NCBI GenBank assembly: GCA_008369845.1
Contig: MRSU01011388.1
Location: 1 to 35,270 of the forward strand
Direction of reading: 5' to 3'
Source: Trichomonas gallinae
Lineage: Eukaryota
Length of the DNA stretch: 35,270 bases
The position numbers were made by a program, and so were the translations under genes. Below, in pieces: positions 1-10,084 of the stretch (its first letter is position 1; the number at the start of each line of letters is the position of its first letter). The notes beneath the pieces were generated by a model, which saw only the letters and a list, made by a program, of their open reading frames with translations, was not told the origin of the DNA and ran no database searches.

Positions 1-30
<30 letters not shown>
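1..30 (+). repeat. Poly(A) homopolymer (>=30 nt) truncated by the window edge
   Basis: 30 consecutive A at positions 1-30; origin (retroposed tail, microsatellite or assembly edge) cannot be determined. Confidence 0.9.
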
Positions 31-31
<1 letters not shown>

Positions 32-35
32 AAAT

Positions 36-67
36 AAAATATTATAACGATATCGTTAAAATATTTT
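36..67. promoter_or_regulatory. 32-bp near-perfect palindrome containing trichomonad Myb-recognition-like elements
   Basis: AAAATATTATAACGAT|ATCGTTAAAATATTTT, 15 of 16 pairs complementary. Contains ATAACGATA (44-52) and TATCGT (51-56), matching the T. vaginalis MRE-1 (ANAACGATA) and MRE-2f consensus. Regulatory role is inferred. Confidence 0.4.
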
Positions 68-1029
68 GAATTCACGTTAACGTACATTGATCCCGATTTT
101 TTTCAATATGCGGTGTTATTAAGTCGCTGCCGGCTGTTGCATTTTTGTTTTCCAGAGATTCTCTAATAGAGTAATGCATAAAAATAGCCTAATTTTAGCA
201 ATTTCGATTTTTGATTTCTTCATTAGTTCAAATCAAAACTTTTGCATCTTAAAATTATTTTGCAGGCATTTTTGCTTTTCCACATGCAATATTAATGAAA
301 TAATAAAGCTTTTGATTATGAAAACCATTTAATTATAATAATGATGGCTTTCATCTTGATCATCATGAATCCATAAGCCTAATAGAAATTATATAACATA
401 TCTTGCATTTGTTTTGAACGTTTTCATACATTAAAATTATAATTCCAATTACATAAAGCCAAAGCGCCATCCCTGCCATCCACCAGGCTTGTTGGAACAG
501 AGACTAACTTTATTCTTTATTATAGCGTCTTTTTTATATAAAAATCATTTTTTTCGAAGTTTCAAATCAAATGGCATCGAATTCCAGTTTCTAGGCGAGG
601 AGATGTCAACTTAATCTCAGCAACTCATGCGGAATGTCTTAAAATGTTATGATATAAATTAAATAATAAAAAATTTTCGGTAGGTCATTGTGTAGTTTCA
701 TTTTTTAAAATACATTTTCTGTGAAATTATATCTAAATATAATTTAATTTTTGAAAATATTGACTTCATTAATGGGCAACTCAGAAGTTGTATCTAACCC
801 ATTTATGATACACACTTACATCCCAAGAATGTATTTGTCTCAGCAATTACATGAATATGAGATATATCAATAGATTATGTTGAATAGAATACAGTTAAAG
901 AAGAATTGGGACATTTTTTGTTATTTTAAATATATCTTGATTTGAGTAATTTGGTTCTATTGTTTCTCAATTTATAAAAAGCAACATTTTACAAAATGTA
1001 GCTTTTTATTTTGTAATTTTAATGAAATT

Positions 1030-1120
1030 TTGATTTTGGGCTTCATATGAAGGTCATCATGAAGTTGTCAAACTCCTTCTCACAGTTCCTGGAATAGATG
1101 TCAACGCAAATGATGAAAAT
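1030..1120 (+). pseudogene. Ankyrin-repeat gene fragment
   Basis: From 1037 it reads WASYEGHHEVVKLLLTVPGIDVNANDEN, a near-consensus ankyrin repeat. In-frame TGA at 1031-1033, an apparent 1-nt insertion in the LIW codons, and no ATG. Confidence 0.8.
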
Positions 1121-1441
1121 TATTGCGTTTATGACGAACATATATGTGTTAAAAAAACCTTGATATATTTATATAGTCGGCGGCAAAACCTGGCAACAGA
1201 GGCCAAAAAGTCAATATTAGAAGCTAGAACTTTGTATACAATATATACACTAGGGGATGTATTATATAATTGAAAATGAAAGCAATATACCTATATTTAA
1301 TTTTGAGATAAAATCTAATATTTATCATAATGTTTTAAAAATCATTATTTACATTATATATATATTTAAAATCATAAAATTTAAGTAACAAGAAAAAGAA
1401 AGTTTAAATAAGGACTACTCTATTTAACATAATATCGCTAA

Positions 1442-2458
1442 TTAATTCATAGAAACAAGTTGTCTCTCAAGGAGATGGTGACCTTCCTCAAGTGGAAGGT
1501 GGTAGCTGATGAGTCTGATGCGCCAGCAGCCATACTCAAAGTATGGGAAGTTAACTGTTGAGTTTGCTGCCTGGAAAAAGGCCCATGAACCCCAGAAGAG
1601 GTGTGAAAGATGAACAAGCTTATCTACCCTCATCTGCCACTCAGCAACTTCCTTCTCTGACGGCTCCTTGTTGTAGAGACTCTCAAGGTAAATCTTGATG
1701 AATCTGATCTGTTGTTCGTAAGATGGGAATCTTGTGAGGTCAAGCTCAAATCCACACCACTCAAGGAAGTGGTTGGCGATGTCATATTCTGGCCATGTGT
1801 ATCCGGAATATTCATAATCGACAAAACCGACGTCTTCACCATCCCAGAGGATGTTGCCAGAGAGAAGGTCATTATGAGTCAAAGCAAGTGGTCTTCCGCG
1901 CATAAGCGAGCTGATCTCATTAAAGAGCATCGAATAAGTATGGCGAAGTTGCTCAAAATCAATTTTGAGACCATTCTTTTCAAACTCTGGATTTGTCTTG
2001 TCGATGAAATTCAAGATCTTCTTGAAAACACAGTTGTCCTGATTGTTTTCGAAATATGTACTTTTGTGTAGCTGGGCAAGCTTTACAGCAAGTTTATCCG
2101 ATATGACTGGATCAGCCATCATAGGAACATCAATAGCACGGCCTTCCTGGAACGAGCAAACCATTCCGTTATCGAAAGATGCATAAATCTTGATTAAATT
2201 GGCCTTTCTGATGTTTTCTTGTTCAGAAACACGGTCAATTATCTGCTCTGTGTTGTTACCATATATTCTCACAATAGACTTCTTCGCTGGAGTCTTCAGC
2301 ATATAGACAGAATTCGTAATTCCACCAGCAAGTGTTTTCAGTGTGATTTTTGACGAATCAAACTTAAGACCGAGCAGCTTGGTCAAGAAAGCAAGCTTCT
2401 CATACTCACTACCACTGTTTGGGAAAAGCATTCCATGGTTAACTTCTATGTCCATCAT
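1442..2458 (-). CDS. Choline/ethanolamine kinase family protein (338 aa)
   Basis: LAGGITN ATP loop, IVRIYG..TE.IIDR, Brenner motif THNDLLSGNIL, and choline kinase motif FVDYEYSGY...YDIANHFLEW. Confidence 0.95.
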   Translation of the reverse strand: MMDIEVNHGMLFPNSGSEYEKLAFLTKLLGLKFDSSKITLKTLAGGITNSVYMLKTPAKKSIVRIYGNNTEQIIDRVSEQENIRKANLIKIYASFDNGMVCSFQEGRAIDVPMMADPVISDKLAVKLAQLHKSTYFENNQDNCVFKKILNFIDKTNPEFEKNGLKIDFEQLRHTYSMLFNEISSLMRGRPLALTHNDLLSGNILWDGEDVGFVDYEYSGYTWPEYDIANHFLEWCGFELDLTRFPSYEQQIRFIKIYLESLYNKEPSEKEVAEWQMRVDKLVHLSHLFWGSWAFFQAANSTVNFPYFEYGCWRIRLISYHLPLEEGHHLLERQLVSMN

Positions 2459-2606
2459 TTTTCTGAATGTAAAATACTTTGTGAAGAAATGCGGTTGATC
2501 GGAGGCCTCAATTCTATCAATCTTCTCAAAATAAATAATACACTGTATAGCACATTATATGCAGAAATATCACCTTTTCGCATGATTTTTTGATTTTAAA
2601 AAACGT

Positions 2607-2885
2607 TTTTGTCACGTTTATGAATTCAATTTTTTGTGTTTGTCACGTTTTCTGCTTCCTATTTTGTAATCTTCCATTTACATATATTTATATTATTTTA
2701 AATTTTGATTTTTTTTGGATTATGTCATGTTTTTACTTTTCTATTTTAATTTCATTATATTAATAATAACATATATTTTTAGATTTTGTCACCTTTTAAC
2801 CTATTTTGATTTTATTATATTCATGATATAGATGTGTTTAAATTATTTTTGGTTTTGAAAATCGTTTGATTTTGTCACTTTTATT
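2607..2885 (-). repeat. Degenerate array of GTGACA (M2-like) motifs upstream of the kinase gene
   Basis: TGTCA(C/T) at 2610, 2641, 2723, 2787 and 2873; the middle three are followed by T-runs and CTATTTT. Perfect reverse-complement AAAGTGAC at 2874-2881. Confidence 0.5.
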
Positions 2886-3246
2886 TTACGTTTTTTTATA
2901 CATCTATATTTCATTTGGTTATATTATATATGGTATTTTTGGAGGACTCGATAATTAGGGCCTCGAAAAAATAAACAGGGGATTTAGATTATTTTTCCGT
3001 ATCTCAAGAAATGGAATTAAGCTAAAAAACAAGCACATTAATAACGAATTTAGGCAGATATATCAGAATTTTCTTTCCATAATTGATTCTTAGCAATTTT
3101 GGGAAATTAATTATTCGAAGAAAATCAAGCTCGCTTATGGATATAACTGTTTATTAGCGCCTAATTCATATGATTTTCAATCAATTTTGGTTTGTTTTTC
3201 ATACAATTAACGTAAAATTTAATATTAACATTTTATTATAATATTT

Positions 3247-6200
3247 TTAAGGTTCATTGACATAAGATGTCTTGATACAGTCTTCTACGCCAACTGTTAT
3301 ATCTTCGAAGTGGAATCCTGTATCATTGTCATCGAGATTTGGTGCTGATGGATTATTGAGGTCCTTAAAGCCAGAGTCAGTGAAAGGAAGGGCAGTCATT
3401 GCAATAGCAATGAGCTTGGAAAGGTTCTTGACTCTTGTATCATCTTCACTGTTGTTATCGAGAATTGGCGACAAAATGTTCAGCATGTATTTGGATGTTA
3501 GCTGAGGAATTTCCGTCCTTATCTTGAAGAAAGAGAGAAGAGCATTCGTGAAGAAGTCATGCTTATCTTGCCTCGTCATCAGACCTAAGAACAAAGACTG
3601 AGCGATGAATAGTGCTTCGTAAGGAGTTCGAAGATCAGCGCCTTGACAGATGAAATCCGAGAATGACTGATCTTGTAGATAGGGACTCAAGTCGATGTCA
3701 GTCAAAGCTGCAGCAATAACAACGAAATAAACGAAATCATTTTGTTGCGTGACACCTTGCAAACATTGGTTTAACAATACCATGGCTTCCTGTTTTACGC
3801 GCTTGTCAGCCAAAGGTCCAACAAGATGAGCAGCAAGAGCAATTCCGAAATAAGCCTCGAAATCGATGTTTGCATCTTCGAATGAAGAAAACAGCAATTC
3901 ATAAAAAGAGTCCATGGCGTTGATCATCAGGTCAGACTGGTTGATAGATGAAGCTATATCAAGAATAGACGGATATTGCATAACATCATGAGTGAAGTCA
4001 AAAATCGCAGAAATCATTTCCAAAATCGCTGGCTTGATTTCTGTATTATTCGACTGAAGAAGAGGGAACAGGGCCCAAATGAGAAATAGTGGCTGAACAT
4101 TGCATTTCTTGTATGATTTGATGTATTCTGTGATCATTTCAATGATGAAAATCAGTCTGCGCTGGTTCTTGGATTGATAGGCGCGTTTTATCAAATCTAT
4201 GCATTGTAATTCAGTCAGTTGGTTCGAGTCAACGATCGTATCCATGTATCCTGAATGAGCAGTGATGTCAATGTATTTGTTGTAGATTTCGAATTCATCT
4301 GATCTTGCAGCTGTTTTGTTTATGATCCTTAAATATTCTTTCGGAGTTTTGTCTGTGCCGTCGAATTCGTCTTTGAGGTCGTCGAAGCCTTTGTACGCTA
4401 TATACTGCTTGAAGAAATCTTGGTAGATCCACAGTTGATCGCTGCTACCCATTGTTAAGCCAATCGCCATAATATACAAAGATGTCGCTTCTCTTTTCAC
4501 GAATAAATCAGAGCTTTTCACAGCAATTCCATAGATTATTCCGTAACAAGATGGTTTCATGACGAATTTGTAGAATGGCATCGCGCTTATTTCATTCTTG
4601 ATTAGAGAAGTAAACAAAGCTTCGTATATAGCTTCTGGGCATCTTCTTAGTAAGCAGTTGATCAAGTCGGCGAATTGCTTTGCTTCGCAGTAGTTTGCTA
4701 TCAATGGAACAGCAATGTGAATGAATTTCTCTGAGTTAATTTTCGTCCAAATGAAGAGTTTCGCTGCTGCTTGCGCGCTTTCGTCTATTGTGTATATCTT
4801 GATTAAAGACTGAGCCATGATCGCGAGTAATGTTCTTGGGACTTTTTCTGAGTTTAGAGTATCTGCGATTGTCGACATAATCGCTGATGTTTGAGTCTGC
4901 AGTTTGGACTGAGACATAATCGCAGCAACATCGTCTTTGTATTCTCCCAAAAGTTCTGAAAAGTTCTTGTGAGGAATTGCGAAGCCAGGAGATGTTTGGA
5001 TCTTCGCGTCTTTGAATGGTGCATCGCCAGTTAAAACCCTCAGTGCAGCGTGGAATAATGAAATAGATTGCGTTGAAACTTCAGCCTCTGTTGAAGAAAC
5101 CATTGTCATTGCGATTGCAAGTAATTCGAAGATTGGGTCTGTGTTCAGATCGGATCTTGGTAGGTTCAACCTTTTGAGGTCTTTGTTGTATGAATCTATC
5201 ATGTGGCTGAGCTTGACAGCAATCGGCATCTGGAATCTTAAGTCACGATAAGCTGTGTGAACATGCAAAATGTTTCTGTTTACACTCAGATCTGTTATAT
5301 CTTGGTAATTTATCGCTGAATAAACTCCCATAAAGTTTTCGTTCGCGTAGAAAGCGAAATGATTCGAGAACATTATTACTTTGAAATCAGACAAACCACT
5401 GCATTCACCAGGAATGGATAATTCAGGGATAGAAAGCTGCATTGGCAAAATTACTTGACTTTGTGTTTCGTTTTGCAAAACAAAATCGAATTTTTGGTTC
5501 CTCACTAATGCAATTTTCGATGTTACTCCGATGCCAACTCTCATCATCTGGATTGATTCTATCTGATCGCCAAGCTCATCGATGAATCTATCGAGATTGT
5601 CTGTCAGAATGGGAGAATCTACTTCAGCGTCCAAAATCAAGACAGATTTTTCCTTGATTGTTTCTCTGACGAATTGAATGATCTCGGAATACATAACATC
5701 TCTTGGAATGTTTTTTGTTGTCAGAAGCCAGTATTTATGCCTCTTGATGTCTTTGTCGACTGAAACAATGAACTTTGAGTTGTACATGTTCAGATAGATT
5801 GTGTCTGTCCTTGAATAGTTTTCTACGTCAGGCCATGATACTGGATTTTCGTCCAAAAAGTGCCTCAACATTTTGATTTCTTCTGCCAAAGCTGGGAAAG
5901 GCGGCGCGAAATAAGAAACGACAACATTTTCGATAACATTGAAATACGAAGACATCTGCGATATTATATCTACTGATGCGACATTCAAAAGCGATAAACC
6001 GAATGGAAGAGGATTTTTGAGAATTGGTCCTATAAATAGTTTATCGAAAATTTCGCTGACAGTGAAACCTGTTTTCTGCGACAATTCTTTGAGGTGGAAC
6101 GGGAAAGAACCGTGCGGAATGAAGACAGGGAACATTGATTTATGCTGAGAGATTGCTTTGAGCGATTGCTCTACAATTGAAGGAGTTGCGCAAATAAAGA

Positions 6201-9150
6201 ACCAGACGCTGAAGAAATTTACGAAAATTGGATCTTCAATGTTTTGACTTTTCGCGAGTTCGTCTGTCATCATCATGAATATTATGTCGCTCTTTAGTGA
6301 AGCAATAGCGTGTTTAATTGCTGCCATGTAGAAAGCTACACAGTTTATTGGCGGATTCTTGAATATTTCGTAATTATTATTTGATAACTTGCCGATATAA
6401 TAAGCGTCTTTCAAGTCATTATGATTTTCGCAGTATTTCATCAAGCAAAACTTGAATGCTCTCGTGACTGTTGAATCATTGATTCTTGCATAGTACATGT
6501 AAATTGGATAAAGGTTGTGAACGTTAGGAACGAAAACTGCATAAATGAAATCGAGAAAAGCTGACCTAATATCATTATCGTTCTCCATTTCAGTGACGAG
6601 ACAGTCTACCAAAATGGCGAAGAAGTGGCTGATCATCTCCAGTGAATACGACAATGTGTCGAAGTCTGATACTTGACCATACACATTAGAATCTGATGGA
6701 TTGATCACAAAGCCAGTAAAAACTTTCTCAAGAACACGTAGACATTTCGTGACAGAATTTGTCAAATTTTTCGCTTTCTCGTTATTGATGTCTGCTTCAA
6801 TCATGTTCACCAAAACATCGGCAATGAACATTCTCCTAACTGTGTTGACTTTCGGAGAATTATCGTAAAGACTCTGAATTAATGATAAAATTGGCTGCTT
6901 GATGTGATCTAGCTCTAAAGCACCATCAGATAGTTGCAGATCTTGTAAGATAACAACAACAAACTGCTCTAATTGAGAACCAGCGTAAGTATGAGTATCT
7001 TTATTACTAAGTGCGATGCCAAGGAGTTTAAGAGTCTGCGACCAGTTCTTTTTGGCTTGTAAGTTTGTGTTATCGAACCTTGTTGACTTCAAAGAGTCCA
7101 AAGCCGCTTCAATTAAAGTTGGTGCTGCAATTTTATCGACAAAACGTGATTTCTCGATAATAGGAGTCATGCCACCATGACCATGATTGAAAAGGAGGAA
7201 CAAGCTCTCAAAGAAAAGCCTTATTGGTGGTCTATCAATTATATCTAATCTTTTGTGGTTAAAAATCAAAGAGCTGTTGACGAATATGTATTCCACAAGA
7301 GGAGCATCCATTAATACATCGAATCTTGCCGGAATCTTGAAATTTAAAGGAGTTGGGCATTTTCCGTTCGTTGCGTGATGAACAATGTCGAGCCATATTC
7401 TGAGGCACTTAATGATGATGCTTGTGCGAAGCTCATCGTTTTCTGCTGGATTAATTTCAATTCCTAATATATTTTTAACTGCATTGGCTGTGTTTGTGCC
7501 GAAAATGATATCTAGGATCATTGTGATATTCAATATATCCTTTCCAATGCTCGCAAACGCATCTTTCTTTATATTAATCGAATTTGACCATAAAATGAAT
7601 TCTAAGATCAAAGAAGGCATGTATGCGATATTTGGATCGCATGAAATAATTAAGCGTTGAATGAACAAGTCAATGTGAACAAATAATTCCAAAACATAAA
7701 GTTGATCGGGAACCAAAACAGATTGAGTGAAAAGACAGTGCAAACACTTAGTGTAGTAAACTGAGAAAAGTGGCAAATGGTTGAGATTTGTTGCAATTTT
7801 GTTGAGAATATCGAAAAACTTTGCTGGCGCGCCTTCATGAACTGCGAGCATGTTCATTGCGTTGTATGTAGAAAATGTTGTGAAGAAGAACTCGCAATAT
7901 TGTGCTAAAGGAAGTTTTGGATATGCAAGAGCAGAAAAGAACAAATTAAGCATGTTTTCGGAAAGATCTGATAATCCAAATATGTTATCCTTGAAGGCAA
8001 ATTGAACTGCCTGAAGAATAACAACAGGATCTGGATTTTCTCCAAGAATAAATCCAATATATTCCTGGAAGGGAGTTGACCTGCCTTTGCTGTCAATAAT
8101 ATCATAAGCAAGGTATTTTGGTACTAATGTATCCATGATTGAAAGGATTTTAAGCTTATTTTTCTTATCGATATAATTTGATTCGAAATTTGCACGTAAA
8201 CTGTTGATTTCTTTAATGCATTGACATTGCCCACGGATAACAAGTGATCCAATGATATGATTGAAGCCATCATTCGCTTTTGGACTTCTTTTCATTATTT
8301 TCTTGATTTCGAACATTTTCTTGTAAATCTGCGTAATTGCTTCGCATGATTCCTTCAGTCCAAGAGAAAAAGATGCAAGTAAAACGATGAATTCCGAAGG
8401 TTCTTCTTCGCGAATCGGTTTAATTGACCAGAAAATGTTCAAAAGCTCACGTGATCTGACGAGATAAGGCGATGTTTGTAGTAATTTCGATTTCGAATAA
8501 AAGCTAGGAAAAGTTGTTTTAAGAATTTCGTAATAAATCATCCGATTTTCCGTAGAAAGCTGACGATGGAAACATGCCATGGCTTCGAAAGTGATTTCTA
8601 TGGCCTTTTCTATTCTCAAAAAGAAATAAGAAGCATCAATGAATTCTTTCACATTAGTTATCGAAGAAAGTGACCTTACAACCGGAATTGCACCGTTGTT
8701 GATGAAGCTATTGGCTATATTCGCGAGTGTCTGTATCAAAGTGACCTTGTGCGGGAACTGTATTGCTAATTTTGTTGCATCGTCAAGAAATTTGTTGAAT
8801 GTTGACTCTTCGGACAATCTGAATACATTTCCTGAGACATTCTTGAGAAGAGCATTGTATGCAATTAGTTCTATTGTTGACATTTCATTAATAACTCGTG
8901 AATTTAACAAAGAAGCGACAAATGATGTAATTTTTCCGAAAATAATGATGAATGCGGTGTTCTTATCGATAGTATATATGCTCATGAAGTCCTCGATGTA
9001 ATTTGATGAAGGATCGAGGAACCAAATATCAGGATTGAACATTTCAGCATCTGTGCCGACAAACGAGATTCTTTCCTTGTATAAAGAGATTTTCGTCAAA
9101 ATCTGTTTAACAATTGTTTGAAATGCACTCGTAATTGTCGCTTCCATCAT
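3247..9150 (-). CDS. Neurofibromin/Ira-like large helical protein (~1967 aa) with degenerate RasGAP, Sec14-like and PH-like regions
   Basis: Long ORF; first ATG at 9150 (the track's 9192 start is TTG). Collinear NF1-like segments: PNVHNLYPIYMYYARINDSTVTRAF (NF1 ANVDSGLMHSIGLGYHKDLQTRATF); GSFPFHL (SEFPPQL); DKLFIGPILKNP (FLRFINPAIVSP); FELLAIAMTMVSSTEAEVSTQSISLFHA...TSPGFAIP (GTLLNIALLNLGSSDPSLRSAAYNLLCA...TSGLCIP); SLIKIYTIDESAQAAAKLFIWTKI (KLITMTINEKQMYPSIQAKIWGSL). NF1 segments recalled from memory. Confidence 0.7.
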   Translation of the reverse strand: MMEATITSAFQTIVKQILTKISLYKERISFVGTDAEMFNPDIWFLDPSSNYIEDFMSIYTIDKNTAFIIIFGKITSFVASLLNSRVINEMSTIELIAYNALLKNVSGNVFRLSEESTFNKFLDDATKLAIQFPHKVTLIQTLANIANSFINNGAIPVVRSLSSITNVKEFIDASYFFLRIEKAIEITFEAMACFHRQLSTENRMIYYEILKTTFPSFYSKSKLLQTSPYLVRSRELLNIFWSIKPIREEEPSEFIVLLASFSLGLKESCEAITQIYKKMFEIKKIMKRSPKANDGFNHIIGSLVIRGQCQCIKEINSLRANFESNYIDKKNKLKILSIMDTLVPKYLAYDIIDSKGRSTPFQEYIGFILGENPDPVVILQAVQFAFKDNIFGLSDLSENMLNLFFSALAYPKLPLAQYCEFFFTTFSTYNAMNMLAVHEGAPAKFFDILNKIATNLNHLPLFSVYYTKCLHCLFTQSVLVPDQLYVLELFVHIDLFIQRLIISCDPNIAYMPSLILEFILWSNSINIKKDAFASIGKDILNITMILDIIFGTNTANAVKNILGIEINPAENDELRTSIIIKCLRIWLDIVHHATNGKCPTPLNFKIPARFDVLMDAPLVEYIFVNSSLIFNHKRLDIIDRPPIRLFFESLFLLFNHGHGGMTPIIEKSRFVDKIAAPTLIEAALDSLKSTRFDNTNLQAKKNWSQTLKLLGIALSNKDTHTYAGSQLEQFVVVILQDLQLSDGALELDHIKQPILSLIQSLYDNSPKVNTVRRMFIADVLVNMIEADINNEKAKNLTNSVTKCLRVLEKVFTGFVINPSDSNVYGQVSDFDTLSYSLEMISHFFAILVDCLVTEMENDNDIRSAFLDFIYAVFVPNVHNLYPIYMYYARINDSTVTRAFKFCLMKYCENHNDLKDAYYIGKLSNNNYEIFKNPPINCVAFYMAAIKHAIASLKSDIIFMMMTDELAKSQNIEDPIFVNFFSVWFFICATPSIVEQSLKAISQHKSMFPVFIPHGSFPFHLKELSQKTGFTVSEIFDKLFIGPILKNPLPFGLSLLNVASVDIISQMSSYFNVIENVVVSYFAPPFPALAEEIKMLRHFLDENPVSWPDVENYSRTDTIYLNMYNSKFIVSVDKDIKRHKYWLLTTKNIPRDVMYSEIIQFVRETIKEKSVLILDAEVDSPILTDNLDRFIDELGDQIESIQMMRVGIGVTSKIALVRNQKFDFVLQNETQSQVILPMQLSIPELSIPGECSGLSDFKVIMFSNHFAFYANENFMGVYSAINYQDITDLSVNRNILHVHTAYRDLRFQMPIAVKLSHMIDSYNKDLKRLNLPRSDLNTDPIFELLAIAMTMVSSTEAEVSTQSISLFHAALRVLTGDAPFKDAKIQTSPGFAIPHKNFSELLGEYKDDVAAIMSQSKLQTQTSAIMSTIADTLNSEKVPRTLLAIMAQSLIKIYTIDESAQAAAKLFIWTKINSEKFIHIAVPLIANYCEAKQFADLINCLLRRCPEAIYEALFTSLIKNEISAMPFYKFVMKPSCYGIIYGIAVKSSDLFVKREATSLYIMAIGLTMGSSDQLWIYQDFFKQYIAYKGFDDLKDEFDGTDKTPKEYLRIINKTAARSDEFEIYNKYIDITAHSGYMDTIVDSNQLTELQCIDLIKRAYQSKNQRRLIFIIEMITEYIKSYKKCNVQPLFLIWALFPLLQSNNTEIKPAILEMISAIFDFTHDVMQYPSILDIASSINQSDLMINAMDSFYELLFSSFEDANIDFEAYFGIALAAHLVGPLADKRVKQEAMVLLNQCLQGVTQQNDFVYFVVIAAALTDIDLSPYLQDQSFSDFICQGADLRTPYEALFIAQSLFLGLMTRQDKHDFFTNALLSFFKIRTEIPQLTSKYMLNILSPILDNNSEDDTRVKNLSKLIAIAMTALPFTDSGFKDLNNPSAPNLDDNDTGFHFEDITVGVEDCIKTSYVNEP

Positions 9151-9943
9151 TTTTTTGCGATTTCTGTCACGTAAACTCTCAATTTTTGGCAAACTGCTTG
9201 TAAAGTTGTGTCAAATTTTATAAAAATGACAAAAATAAAAATTTTTATTACCAAAAAAGCAATATCTTTAGATGTGGATCTAAAATCATCCGAAAAGCAT
9301 TATTTTGTAAACTATTCAATTTAAATCTTTTTGTCAATTTTTTTTACTTTAATTTTCATCGTTTCATGTGGTTGAAGCGGCCGGCCAGATTTATGCATTA
9401 TAGAAGTTAAATATCTCAGATAAATGCGAAAAACTGAAAAAACCAGTTATACTATTTGTTCAAAATTTGATGACTTATAATAGCAAAGGATATCAATCTA
9501 CATACATTAATAGTAGTGTTTATATTCCTATACTACATGAATGAATTCTTAATTGATACTAAAAAATACGATTGAATTTTTTCAACATCAAATTAATGCT
9601 TGTTGACTGCTATCAATATTATCACTTCAACATAGAAAATAGGTTTATATTTTTATAATTGCTTAAAATTAATTTTTGATATATTTCAAATTCTTATAAG
9701 CATTTCTTTAACTTAATATATCAACCTAAGTTTGAATTAATCATTTTCCGATTGTTGCAATTATAGTTTGCTGCTCTATTTCTAATCATTTTTTTACCTT
9801 AATAAGATGATTGACATGTCCCCAGACTTTGTCAAATATCTGACAGTTTTAAATTAAAAATTTTTTTCATTAAAAACACAAATAATATCATATTACACAC
9901 AAAATAATTTTATTTTTCAGTTTTTTTTGAAGATGATATCATA

Positions 9944-10041
9944 TATTTGACAAATAAGCATATTTGCCAAATAAAATATTTTCGATAATTAACGTATTTT
10001 TGCCAAATATTTTGACAAATAAACTTATTTTTTGACGAATA
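9944..10041. repeat. Five clustered copies of TTTG(A/C)C(A/G)AATA
   Basis: TATTTGACAAATA 9944, TATTTGCCAAATA 9961, TTTGCCAAATA 9999, TTTGACAAATA 10011, TTTGACGAATA 10031. Confidence 0.65.
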
Positions 10042-10084
10042 AAATGCTATTAGTCAATTATCGATTATTATCATATAAATTACT

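Noticed and set aside
440..800. Weak ankyrin-like words (LVSVP on minus ~490-505; MGNSEVV at ~772) and a GCCATCC direct repeat
   Set aside because: Too short to distinguish from chance.
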